From assembly GCA_965649765.1 (NCBI GenBank), contig OZ287751.1:99572001-99636000 (forward strand): a DNA stretch of 64,000 bases, written 5' to 3'. The DNA comes from Bispira polyomma (lineage: Eukaryota). Position numbers and translations under genes: made by a program. Of this stretch, positions 1-12,157 are shown piece by piece (the first letter of the stretch is position 1; every line of letters begins with the position of its first letter). The notes beneath the pieces are model-generated. The model saw nothing but the letters and a program-made list of their open reading frames with translations, searched no databases and was not told the origin of the DNA.

Positions 1-599
1 ATTTTGCCTTTTCTCTGAAGCACTGCTGCTTGTTGGTAGATATACACCTGGATCAATGTGTTTGTCAACAGCATTACACAAAACTATTGTACCAATTACA
101 CAAAATGTGGTGGATGATGAACACCCCATTAAAGGGACACCACCGCTTAAGTGTCAGTCATGTTACTATGACACTACATTATGCTCACTGATTTGCTATA
201 CTTTTCAACATGGCCTGATGCTAGAATTGTTATTACCAATGTTCATTGGCAAACAATGAATGAAACTTGGAATTTCTTAACCATTTGCTTTCCCGTTTCT
301 AATTTTTTTTTATTACATTCTACATTACAGTCATTTGTGACACATTGGTCTCAGCCAGGAATCTATGTTTTCAAACAAAATAGTTTTTTAGGGTCGGGAC
401 ATGTTCCTGTATTGTTTGAAAATTTAGTGCATATCCCATAAATCCTTTTGAACCTGACCCACTAATTCCACCTCTTATACATACCATCGGTAAGTATATT
501 TGCCAGTAACACATATACAAGATCACTATAAGCTTCAATTTAGATATCTGTACTATAGAACCTTAAATTTATGAAAGAGTATAGGATGTCTACAGCAAA

Positions 600-1127
600 G
601 TTGGTTCAAATCGAGTTTGTTCCGTCATGCAGAGAAGTTTATCAGATACAAGGCACAGTAACCCTGATAAATTATACCTTAACATTCCCACTTTCGACCC
701 TCGCTTCCACAAATCCAAAGTTCAGTTTAATCACTGCCTAGCTCATGATGACCCCCTCATTTGGAACAACCTACCTGATCATGTTCGCTTGGCTCAAACT
801 TTCTCCTCTTTCAGGAGTGAGCTGAAGGCCTACCTTTTTGAACAGGCTTTTCCACCTTAGCCGTCGCAACCATTTACGGTAGTTTTCCTGGTAACGACTT
901 CCATCTGCCCACTATTATTGATTTTCAATTAATGTTTTGGGTTTGTTGCGCCTTAGAAGATTAAGCACTATAAAAGTACGACTAGATTAGATTAGACTAA
1001 CTTAGATTAGATTACTTGCCGGAGGTCGGTAGTTTACATGCTACAGCACTGGTTTTTGCTCCCATTGAATCTGGGTGTCGTGATATGACATAAGCTGTGG
1101 AAAGCAACATCAAACCCAACCAAATTC
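600..1127 (+). mobile_element. Degenerate tRNA-derived (Meta-like) SINE split by an L2 3' fragment
   Basis: 600-649 (GGTTCAAATC B-box remnant ... AAGTTTATCAGATAC) and 1016-1127 (TTGCCGGAGGTCGGTAGTTT...) join into the same sequence as the uninterrupted paralogue at 40470-40630. Confidence 0.7.
650..1015 (+). mobile_element. L2-clade LINE, 5'-truncated: ORF2 C-terminus, 3'UTR and (ATTAG)n tail
   Basis: ORF 627-860 ends WNNLPDHVRLAQTFSSFRSELKAYLFEQAFPP; 3' stem GCGCCTTAGA..TTAAGCAC; ATTAG microsatellite tail. Confidence 0.85.
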
Positions 1128-2399
1128 GAAAAAAGAATATTGAAATTCTTGAGTAAAATTAATATGTCACAAAATAACTCGGACAGTCTTTACTAGACAT
1201 ATCTATATACCTTGGCTTAAAGTTTCTAAAAAGAAAAACATTTCATTTAGGTTTACATCAACTATTAACATTTTACTAATTTACCTGGAACACAAAAATT
1301 GTGATAACAATGCTGCATTGACTGATTCAAATGAAAATCAAAAACAATTAATTAGTTGAAATCTGAGTTCAAGTCTACACCCTCAGTTAAAAAATGCCAT
1401 TAATAAGTAAAGTCATCTAATCACTATATTCAGGAACATTTTTGTGACAGCTGCTTTTTGTAGGTAAATCTTTTTTTTTAAATTCCTACGAAGGGGACAT
1501 ATTAAGTTACATGAATTTCAATAAATTATTCTTTAAAAAAGGTCAGTATTGAGAAGATAGCATAATATGTCTATGTGGTTTCTATGGCAAGTGAAAAACG
1601 GGTCATGGAAATGGTTAACACAATACTACAAAATATTTCTGCAGAATAAAAAATATATATTTACTATTATATTTACTCAAATGAAAGGTTTCATATATTT
1701 ACAAATGTATATCCTAAATCATTTATCTTTTCATTATTTGGAAGAAATTGTAGAGTGGTACCACACACGCTGTTTGGGAGGTAAAACAAATATTTGTTGT
1801 TTTTACTCTGATTGAGTGTAGTGTTAAATGGATCATACCATTATTGTTTTCCCGAAGTGTTAATATCGTTTCCATTTGTATCTTTGAAATCATACTGTTA
1901 CATTATTCTTCTGACCTCTTACCTCTTCAAGATAGGCAAGATTTATTTTTAAATTTTGGGGACAAAGCAAAATTTGAAATTTCTCAAAAAGTAAAAAGCC
2001 CAAGTTAGTAGTTCAATAGGTTTGGGCTTTAACTAGATGTCTACTCGATTTTCCTTGTCATATCAGCCTGTCTGTGCATGAAGCCTGGCGTCTTTCTTAG
2101 GTGTCTATCAATAAAGACCAAAGTTTTCCTTGGTACAACTGTTATTCTGGACCAGGGATGCTGACCGTTTTTCCCTAGTGGTCTGTATGGAATTTTATCT
2201 CTTCTAACATGTGTTCTATTTTAGTGTAATTTGTATTCAATTGTGACTCACTCTTGCTGAATTCATGAAATAATTCTCATTTCCAGTATTTTATTGTGTA
2301 TGTATATTTATGGTACTTGTCAATTATTGTATAATTATGCTTACTTATTACATTATCCCTTTCTAAATAATCTTTTCACTTCAGACCCCTTATATTGGC

Positions 2400-2637
2400 A
2401 ACGGCACCCTTCACCATGTGAAGCGTGAAAGGGAGTTGGCCCCTTGCTGCTGGATGCAACGGGGTGGGTAAACACCCGGTCTGGTTGCTTGCTGATTAAC
2501 CAGCTTTTAACCCCCCTACCTTTACAACCTTGCTATGCCCATGGACTTTACGACTGGATCACTGATTCAGCTGTTGAACTTTAGAAGATGCCTAGCATCA
2601 ATAAAGTACGTTAAAAATGCATAATAATAATAATAAT
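2400..2637 (+). mobile_element. 5'-truncated SINE with Deu/Nin-like core and L2-derived tail
   Basis: About 2530-2637 matches the L2 3'UTR and (AAT)n tail at 50435-50540. The GC-rich 2400-2510 is not ORF2 and resembles the Deu/Nin domain (ACGGCAC..TTC..GAAG..GGGAGTT..CCCC..CTGG), recalled from memory. Confidence 0.55.
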
Positions 2638-3121
2638 TTCACATTTCACTAACTACACAATTTCCTTTTTGTTTAAACATTATGACAATTACCCACATCT
2701 GCTGTGTTAGGAGGGGTTGTTATCATATTTTGCAATATGCCAGTGGAAAAATGTTCAAGACATAATGATACGATTAAGTTCTATTTAACTTATTTTTTAT
2801 AACAACCGAAAATAATCAAACATTATGGAGTTAATTTATTTTCTGAACAATTTCAATTAATACTTTTCAACATATATTTTAAAATAAAATTTACATATCC
2901 TAAATAATGGATTCAAACTTGGACCATCCAAATCACTTACTATATTTAATGAGTTAATCTTTACACAAAACAGGATCTTACCAGTTCTCAGATGCATTAT
3001 TACATAATATATATTCACTTAAGCTACATATTGGTTTACTGAGGAAATGACAGTAGTTATAAGTAGTTGTCTCAGTGATCCAAATGGGACCCTCATTCTT
3101 ATGAAATAGCAATTCGTATGG

Positions 3122-3273
3122 NNNNNNNNNNNNNNNNNNNNNNNNNNNNNNNNNNNNNNNNNNNNNNNNNNNNNNNNNNNNNNNNNNNNNNNNNNNNNNN
3201 NNNNNNNNNNNNNNNNNNNNNNNNNNNNNNNNNNNNNNNNNNNNNNNNNNNNNNNNNNNNNNNNNNNNNNNNN
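3122..3273. other. Assembly gap
   Basis: Run of N. Confidence 1.
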
Positions 3274-3493
3274 ATTTACCACTGGGTCTTAAAACTGCAT
3301 TAAATGCAATATCATCCCACTTATCTCAATGAGACTGTCTGGACATTTATGTGTTACCATAAACAAGTCTATTCTGAGTAGGAACTATGTCTGTATGTAC
3401 CCATGTGTACAGCACATATGTCCAACATTTTATGTTATATTAGATTTGTTTTCTAAATTAAGCAGCAGTACAACATATTAAATATATTAACTA

Positions 3494-3651
3494 TATAATA
3501 GAAAAACTATGCGATTGGTGTATATTAAAACAATATATGACAAAATAAGATAAACAGTACAATTCCTGCCCGGGTAGGGCGAGTATTGTGCATTTTATTT
3601 CCTTGCCTCATATTTTTTTAATATACACTACAAGGCAGGTTTTTCTTTTAT
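3494..3651. repeat. Imperfect foldback (palindromic non-autonomous element)
   Basis: Arms AGAAAAAC/GTTTTTCT and GTGTATATTAAAA/TTTTAATATACAC around a central GCCCGGGTAGGGC. Confidence 0.6.
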
Positions 3652-4299
3652 TGTCCACTTATATTTTGACCTCAAGCATTATAATATCCTTTTACAACAC
3701 AAAACAGTCAGAAAGAGGCCCAAAATATTGAAAAATGACAGCAAATTACATACAAAAAGTTGTGACCTTAAAGGATTATTCTCAATTACAAACTTCTACC
3801 ACTATAAAAATTGGGTCTGGTACCCAATAGCACTGATTATTGCTTATATATATATATATTAAAAATTTTAAACAATTGATGGATTAATTTGTTTACTGTG
3901 ATCATATTCAAACAACCCAAAAATCTGCATATTTTTTGTTTACGTTTCAAAATATTCCATTGTGACATCACAATACACATCTCAAAGCCAAGACGTACAG
4001 AGTTGTTATTAAGTTCAAAACACATATTTGTGAAGCACTAAAAATCGAGTTTAAGATTACACTATGTTGTGTAAGGTCCATATTGTATGTTAATAATATT
4101 TCAAAATAATTTTATGCCTGAAATATTACCTAAAAGTGACACCAAAGACATCAAAAATTTCCTGTTACTACTACAGTTTTCATATACACACAGTGCGCAG
4201 GGGTTTCAGATATCATGATATTATAATTTACCAAGATAAGTGCGGTTAAAAATTACTATGTTAAGACTATGGTTGGTATATATACAGTTGTTTTAAGAT

Positions 4300-4495
4300 G
4301 GGCATATGGTCACCTTAGCTGAAGGCTAAGGTTTGCCATAAGCTGAGTTTGGGGTCACCCCATTTTGAGTTTAAGATAGTAAGAGTTTTGGTTCGGGTGA
4401 CCTTAAGTTAAATTGGTTTTACAAATTTTGAAAAGTTTGAGGTTAAGTCCCCCTTAAAGCATTAGTGAAATGAGCTAAATGCTAGGGTGGCCTTA
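4300..4495. repeat. Array of degenerate AAGGTNACCTT palindromes at the Y1 3' end
   Basis: TGGTCACCTTA, AAGGTTTGCCATAA, GGGGTCACCCC, GGGTGACCTTAA, AGGGTGGCCTTA. Confidence 0.75.
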
Positions 4496-4859
4496 TGCCC
4501 AAAAGCCAGTAATATTTTATTATACTGTATATTTACACTCATTAATTTTAATTTCATTTGACTAGGTTATTTATTTGACTGACAAATCTAATTTGTCAGC
4601 CCACCAAACACCAGATACTAGGTAGTCTGTAGAATCCATTTAAAGCAGTCTGCCATTGGGGCCCAGAGTGTGCTGAATTGGTTATATAGCGCCAAACGCA
4701 ATCCGACGTCTAAGTGCCATGTCTCTTAATATCCTGTATTTTGACATTATTATTAAACATGGCACCTGCATATCAGAAAGCGTGAAAGGTCCAATCGTAT
4801 TGGATTAGGCCTAACATTTGCAATACATTTTTTAGATGCTTATGCACATGAATATCCAT

Positions 4860-5111
4860 GGGGGCCACGATGGCCTAGAGGTTAGCAAGCATTGTGCTTC
4901 ACAATCACTGGTCTCTCACCTCTGGGCGGCGTGAGTTCGAATCCTGTTGATGCCTATGTGGGAAAGGTGGTAGTTCCTTACTGTGGGCCGCTGGTTTCAG
5001 TGCAGAACCTTGATCAACTGTATGCAGTGTTTCCTCCAGCGTTTCCAACTACCCATTCCAATATAACCTAAACAGGTACTAGAGTGGGCATTGTATCCAA
5101 ATTCAAAATTC
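4860..5111 (+). mobile_element. Full-length tRNA-derived SINE (Meta-like core)
   Basis: GGGGCC start, A box TGGCCTAGAGG, B box GAGTTCGAATCC, AAATTC-type tail; closely similar inverted copy at 7024-7285. Confidence 0.9.
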
Positions 5112-7023
5112 ACATAGGTATCTGTTAGAGGATTTCAATTCGTTTTGTATTGGAAAATGAGCATGTTTTTGCCAGCTAGAGTTATACTTTTTTAACATAT
5201 ATAGCATATTTTTAATGCTTTGACTGGCCAAGCTCCAAATTCGGGATGGCTGGATGAGTGAGTAATTTAATTGCATCATTTGTTTGTAGCTTTTCGACCA
5301 TTCTATCATTATGATTGCATATCTGGGCTTAAATACAACATCCGCGCTGGCTACGTACGTTAATGGTGAAAAAATACTTGCTCAGTGAAGGCACAGGATA
5401 GACATTCTGAAGAAACTTAAGTAACTGGTCAGATATACTGCTTTGAATACCTGGCCCATATATGAAATATCACATTTTTGCACCAATTCTTTAAGAAGAG
5501 AGATGTCAAATAGACACTCTTATTTAAATTGTAATGGCTTGTTAGTTAACAGAGCTCTGTTATAATAACGAATTCTGGGATTAGCAAAGCCATCCACATT
5601 TATATTGAACAAAATACGCAAGCCTAAATGGCAGTCAAATGATTTACAATTTAGGAAACTGAGATTGCATTATGCACTAGAAATTATTGATATGCCAATA
5701 GTTAAAACACGTTCACCTTAGATGCAGGCCATGCGATAAAAATCCCATAAGCCAGGAATAAGTTATGCATTCTCTGGTACAGCGTTGGTGGTTGCAATTT
5801 TGTTCTTTTTACCCAGAATATGAACTACATTCAATTAAATATCTGACTGATTAGCCAGCATAATATTCCTGTTTCTGGTAAAAATAGACAAAATTGAGTC
5901 CCTGTTTTTTTTACACTCTGCAATACACTAACCACTGCTTGGTTGTCACATTTAACCAGGACTTTATACCAAGCTTTAGCCCATAACTGTAAAGCGACGA
6001 CAATGTTTAACATTTTGCAATGTTGTGGTTTTGCATGTCACTGGGTATTTTGATTTGATATATCTGACTGGCATGGATTTCTCGAATCTCTGTTAGGCAG
6101 GCATCCAGCTCAATCTGAGTTGTTACTGGCTTATGGTCAAAAGGGAAACTATTAAAGTGGTCTATGAATGTTTGGAAGCAATTTAAATCATGTTTAAACT
6201 CTTGAGTAACTTTGAATCGATTTTTACAAGTTATTTCTCAAGAGCTATAGCATCCGGTTTAGTAAAACTTGACCATATTTGATGTATTTGGTTATATAGA
6301 GGAGCATTCCTAGCAATAATGCAATTTTTTTTCGTTTGGTGCAGTGGGTTTTTGTCTCCAAATTTTAAAATTTTTAACCTAATTGTTTGCAATTTTTCAC
6401 TAGGTACCAACGTTGTCTTACAGTTAGACCAAGTTCAGTGAGCGTTTGTTGTAATATATCATAAAATTTGTGTATTTTGCTGAGTAGCGATACCGATTAA
6501 AAAATCGTCTATGTAGTTCTAAATAACATGGTCCTCTGATATCATGATAAATCTGACCGCATCCAAAGACACTGAAAAATCATGGACCCATTCTGGTACC
6601 CAATGGGGAGCGACTTATCAATATAGTATGGTCCTGGTGACGTTCACTTTATATATCAAACAACCCTTTCCAAGCTTTAGAATTTCCTGTGTCAGACTAT
6701 CTATAGAAGACTATGATATTATCAATTAAGTTCGAAGTATGAAGTAGGGGAAACTCCCGCATTTACAGAAGCCCCTTGGGGCCCACTGAGATCTACTATT
6801 ACTCTTTTATTAACTAAACTTGATTTGTCCCTAGTCATGAGGGGAGAGAAATGCCACCTTCAATAGGTGGTTCTAAGGAAGGTCCGAGCATCGCTCCAAA
6901 TTTACTTTTCTCCCGCATGTACATGTCCATGTTATCTGGCCATTCGTTGGCTGACTTGTGGTTATCACTATTCGATTCTATATCACTACTGTGATTGAGA
7001 TCTAAAGGGAACCTTTACTTAAG

Positions 7024-7285
7024 TTTGGATTTGAATTTTAATTGGGATATTTAACGTCCACTCTAGTACCTGTTTAGGTTATATTGGGACGGGTAGTTGG
7101 AAACGCTGGAGAAAACACTGCATAGAGTTGATCAAGGTTCTGCACTGAAACCAGAGGCCCACATTAAGGAACTACCACCTTTCCTACATAGGCATTGATG
7201 GGATTCGAACTCATGCTGCCCAGAGGTGAGAGACCAGTGATTGTGAAGCGCAATGCTTGCTAACCACTAGGCTACCATGGCCCCC
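7024..7285 (-). mobile_element. Full-length tRNA-derived SINE, same family as 4860-5111
   Basis: Reverse complement of the 4860 copy with intact A and B boxes (TAGCCTAGTGG, GAGTTCGAATCC). Confidence 0.9.
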
Positions 7286-8176
7286 TGTACTTGAGAAGCA
7301 AAGGCAATCCCCAATCCCAAAAGTTATACAAGTACTTTTTCCATTTTTTTTCATACAACTGTGAATTTACTAGGACTTGTAAGCCACAATAATTGTAACG
7401 TCCATCCTTTCTAAGTACTGTGCGTGCTTCTAGTATACTTAGTCTGTTGGGTATTGCTATAAAGAACTATATCGCCTAGGTCAGGAAGTGGGGTAAACCC
7501 ATAAAAAATTGCTTTGTGCTTGCCAGTTTTTAAACGTGTTTTGTTCTATATTCTTGTTTCGTTTACTCTTTAACTATCCGGAATACTTGTCTTTGGCCAC
7601 AATTCATTTATTAATTTTATGTCTATTGTTGACACATATCTTCTTTTGTATGGTTTTGGTATTGTCCGTGGTGGGGGCTGTTACCGTCTCACCCATCCCG
7701 TCATCATTATCACACGTCTCACTAATTAGGGTGAAAACATATTGTAAATAGGTGTGCCCCCCATCTCACTTATTGTTTGTCAGTGCCATTTTTGCCACAA
7801 AGGCGTTTCCCCTCTGTGTGGTTCTTAGTTGCCGAAAGCCACATTGTTTAAAGGTGTCATCAAGTGATGGCCATTGCTTGTTTTGTTGGGGTTACCCCTT
7901 CCAATGTTCCTACTGACCATTGTTTGAGTTTTGGCTTTGTTAACACACATCAAACTTGATCAAGCCGATTGACATATTGTTTCATACTTTTTGCCACTTA
8001 CCATCAGAAAAGGTGACATTTTCTTTTTTGCACGTCATATATTGAAACATTTTAATTACAACATTTTTCTCCAATATTTGGAAATTTCTAAACTTCTAAA
8101 CTATACTTCATCCACATTATTTACATTTTTCACTGCACTGTTGCAATCGCTCTCTAATTTTTTACAACTCTCTTTG

Positions 8177-8214
8177 CACACACACACACATATATATATA
8201 TATATTTATATATA
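8177..8214. repeat. (CA)n(TA)n microsatellite at the Y1 gag end
   Basis: Directly visible. Confidence 0.85.
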
Positions 8215-10521
8215 CGTTATAGTACTGACCACCAGTGACTTGTTGGAAACTTGTAATTTCCTTTCCAAAAAAGTGACATGTAAGTGGCCCCGATTAGACT
8301 GTGGCCTTTTTGGCACTCCCTATCCCCCTGGCCCCAGAACTAGATGCCGACGTGCTGGGACTGATATCCCTCTGGGCATTGGCCCTACGGATCTGATTGA
8401 ATTGATCAATATCTATCAATGTCCAGTTAAATCTGTCCATTTCCATGTTGGTGATGACGACAGTATGGCAAGCCTTGGCTGCGTCCCTTCAATAAAACTT
8501 GCCATGCAGTCCAACATGGCTGTTTTCATTTTAACATTTGTCTCTTCATGTATAATTCTAGTAAACCCACAGACCTACTGAATAACGGTTAAATCATCAT
8601 ATGGGGCCTAGCTTTTAAAGCATCTGTTAAAACATGATTGGGTGGCCAATCTACTGCCTGTTTGACTTGTCCCTCGGTAGCGCCCCCGCATTATGAATTT
8701 TTTCTACATTTAGAGGGGCTCACCGTTATGCTACAAGAAATTTATGTTAGGGACAAAACAATTCTTGGTGCTACCCTTGTAGCCATCGCCAGAGTATACA
8801 GGTGGATTACTTGATACAGAAATACTGGCTCGAGCCAGTTTTATGCTGCCAACGGCGCCTGTGTGATCTCCACTGGTTTGTCCATTTTTTCCATCTTTTG
8901 GATCATCAATAATGACTGCGTCCTTATAGCTTGCAATAATACCGATTGCTCACCATTCTAAGTACAACTAAGCAGGATGTCACTCTTTTGAGAGTCGGCT
9001 TCCTGAACGGACAGATCCAGCATAATCAAACAGTTATGACCAGTAAGTGTCTCATGTTTTTCATGAGCATTTGCTACAATGTACCAGTTTAATCCGTAAA
9101 AGCAAAGTGAAATTAAAATGGCTGATTTTAATATACCACGTTTTGTTACTTGTAGTCCCGTACACTCCCTGACATAAATGGCAGGAAAATTTTGTGAGGG
9201 CGTGCTTTTATACTCGTATACAAACCCCTTAGATTTCTTGTCTGATACCCCAGCACTGAGGCTAGTATCGCCGAGGCGTTACCTTTTATTCATGGCCGCT
9301 GGGTGTTACAGTTAATTTTATCACTCAGTTCCTATCAGCCACGAAAACGTCATACTACATCACAGTGGATAATAAAGATGTTAACATTTAGATGTTAAAG
9401 ATGTTTACGTTTAGTTTTCAGTAATGAAAGGCTTTTGAAGTGATATATGACTTTCGCAAACATTTTCAAAGCTTATATCAATTCTCCTTTTGTGAGGTGT
9501 GGCAGATGTTTGCTCTTCTATAACACCGTTAAATCAATTTTTTGTATATGTTTTTTTAATACTCCATTTGAGCTTTTACTGCAGCTTTACTAAAATATAC
9601 ATCTACATGAATACAAATTAGTCTATTCCAACATGAAAAAAAGCATTTGGACAAATAATAGGGGTGTCAACTAATAGTCAATAGCCAACAGACATTGTAA
9701 CTAGGACTAAATGTGTCATTCATTTCTACTTGTACTAAGTACTAATAACATTAAGACTGTGTAAAACAAAACAGTTCACTAATGCTATAGCAATTACACA
9801 GAAAAGGTTCTCAATATCTATGAGAAGTATTATTACATTAATTCCTACAAAAAGCTGTTGTTTCCTGCTTCATAAGTGGTAAATCGTTGAGAGAAATATT
9901 TTTAAATGATGCATTGCTGACCTTTACCCAGCACTTGCTCGGACAACATAGATTACAGAAATCTGTGTTATTCTCTCAGTGGGCCAAATGGACCACTTCA
10001 CTCTTCTAGACAGACAATTCTCTCCTTTTAGGCTATAAGTAAAGATTTGATACACTAAACTCGGTTTTATCTGTCCGACTCATTTCGGTCACACTTATGA
10101 TATGCCACGAAAATAAGTATATTTTAGGTTTAAACATGCCTTTGCAGATTAAGTCCCTGTACTCCTAATGGTATATTCAATAAAACAATTCTGTATTAAA
10201 GAATAATTGCACTAACTTAGACAAATAATTTAGATAACATTTTTCGCAGGTTTTGTTATTTGACAAAAAACACATTTCAGACAACCTTATATTGTTGATG
10301 GTTGAGTTTGATTCAGAAAATTATACCCCTATCATTCTTTCTTTGTGACAGTTTTAGTCTGAAAAGCAAATGAGAACATTTCCACCACTTGTGTGACATT
10401 ATCAACTGGACAAGTTATTGATTTCTTCTATTTGACAACTCTGATTACATTTGGATTAATTGGTAACTTTACCCAAGAGAGTGTTGTTATACTATATTCC
10501 ATTGTGATGGACAGAAGACAT

Positions 10522-11517
10522 TGTAATTGTAATTAGACCTTTATAGCACTTAATCTCCCTTTAACGAAGGGGACTCTAAGGTGTAACAGCACAAAAGACA
10601 GTAATCCAATTTCCAATATCAAGGGACAGAAAAGGGTCAGCACCACAGATCGTGCTAGGGGATGATTAAGACTAAGGTGGGTATGCTTTGGTGTACAAGT
10701 GGGTTTTAAGCTGCTTTCTAAAACAGGCTAGTGAGGGGAGAGCATGAATCACATCAGGAAGAGCATTCGAAATAATAGGAGCATCAAAAGCAAAGCTGTG
10801 ACCAAACTGTTTAACCGACTTTTGAGTAGATGGGTTGAACTTTGGAATGACAAGGAGATTACTACCACTGTGACTACATCTGGTATTGTAGGAACTACTG
10901 TAAGTGGAAAGATATGGGGCAATATACTTTGGAAACCTAGTGTGAAGAAACTTATAAACAACTGTAGATGTTTTAAACACTGAACGCTGTTCAACATGGA
11001 GCCAATGCAATTTATTAAGAACAGGAGTTAAACTGGTGTATCGACTGGTGTTTGACACAATTCTAGCTGCACTATTTTGAATGCATTGTAATTTATGTAA
11101 ATTAAACTTTATGAGACTCCTGAAAAGCGAATTGCAGTAATCCAGTCAACTGACAAAAGCATTGGCCACAAGTATAGAAGCATCATAAGTGAGAAACCGC
11201 CTGACACGTCTAAAGTCCCGGAGTTGCACAAAACAACTTTTGCAGACACTCTGAACGTGTTTACAGAAAGAAAAGTCAGAGTTAAAACATACACCCAGGT
11301 TCTTGATAGAATCAGTTGGCCTTAAAGGGCTACCCAGGATGTCAACTGGAAACAATGCTTTTACCTTATCCCTCTGTTGTCTTGAGCCAAAGATTATAAA
11401 CTCAGTCTGGTCGGGATTAAGTTTGAGTTTACCAGTTGACATCCACTCTTTCACATTGTCAAGGCACCTGTTCAACTGTTCAAAGGCAATAGATGTGTTC
11501 TTATGGGATAGGTGCAT
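10522..11517 (-). mobile_element. L2-clade LINE 3' portion (RT C-terminus, 3'UTR, (ATTAC)n tail)
   Basis: ORFs 11146-11532 (WMSTGKLKLNPDQTEF, KNLGVCFNS) and 10672-11058 (LHWL...LKTHLYTKAYPP); 3' stem-loop around 10545-10585. Confidence 0.9.
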
Positions 11518-11660
11518 AGGAAACATTATCACATTGTACTATACTCTTTATGCAAATACATCTACAGTAAATATATTAAATATTTAATCCAGTAAAATGG
11601 AGTTTTTTACAAACAGAATCAGGTTTTGTAAGCATTTGTCTCCATTTAATGCATCTGCAA

Positions 11661-11840
11661 GGTAGCCCTCGGGGCTAGCAGGGCCAGTGCTAGCAGAAAT
11701 CCTTTTTAAAAGAAACTATTTTCTTCCAATGACCCCTAATTTGATTGGACTTAATTAACCCAATTAGCCAAAAGTTTCCCGCTTAGAAGCTTGGGGCTTC
11801 ACTTTTAAATCAAAAGTTAAACAGGCAAGACACCATTTTT
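11661..11840 (+). promoter_or_regulatory. Conserved 5' module of Y2: hairpin, CAGTGC, E2F-like TTTCCCGC and YY1-like CCATTTT
   Basis: The same order of motifs occurs at 34021-34208 (+), 60995-61170 (-) and, degenerate, 9115-9283 (-). Confidence 0.55.
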
Positions 11841-12157
11841 AAATGTGTGTGTTAAGAAATAATTTCAAAACAATTTCAAGGAACACTCAGTAACTGAAGA
11901 TATCTTGGAGAGTTTGAACATTGATGAGGATCTGGATTGTTTCACAATATCAATGCTTTATTACATGTGCATATTGCTCTGGCTTGATTGTGGGAGCAGA
12001 ATTTTGAGGGACGTATTTAGTCTTTTAGGCAACAATTTTAGCTGTCAATTCTAGTCATTTTATGTTCATATATATCTCAAAATTTAATTTAACTTTTAAT
12101 ATACACAGGTATCAAAGCATGATTATTCTTATCTTACAAAAACATATGTATTACATT

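Larger units (their letters stand above)
4191..9308 (-). mobile_element. Y1: degenerate Ngaro-like YR retrotransposon with two SINE insertions
   Basis: Minus-strand remnants: YR C-terminus IKRHGT*TSDCVWRYI (~4685-4730), YR N-terminus (~5390-5790), RNase H (ORF 5831-6013 VKCDNQAVVSVL; DACL ~6100), RT (~6150-7020), gag (~8170-9080); 3' palindrome array 4300-4495. Confidence 0.85.

Noticed and set aside
4860-4950. Functional tRNA gene
   Set aside because: A and B boxes are present but no closed cloverleaf was seen; the sequence continues into a SINE body and has several decayed copies.
7991-8581. 196-aa plus-strand ORF and other antisense ORFs over the elements (e.g. 58260-58601, 59120-59476)
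   Set aside because: They are shadows of minus-strand element genes, and one runs through a microsatellite.
9241-9310. Twister or HDV-like ribozyme at the 5' motif of Y1/Y2
   Set aside because: Only superficial words match (TAACAC, CCTCG); the required pseudoknot pairings could not be built in all copies.
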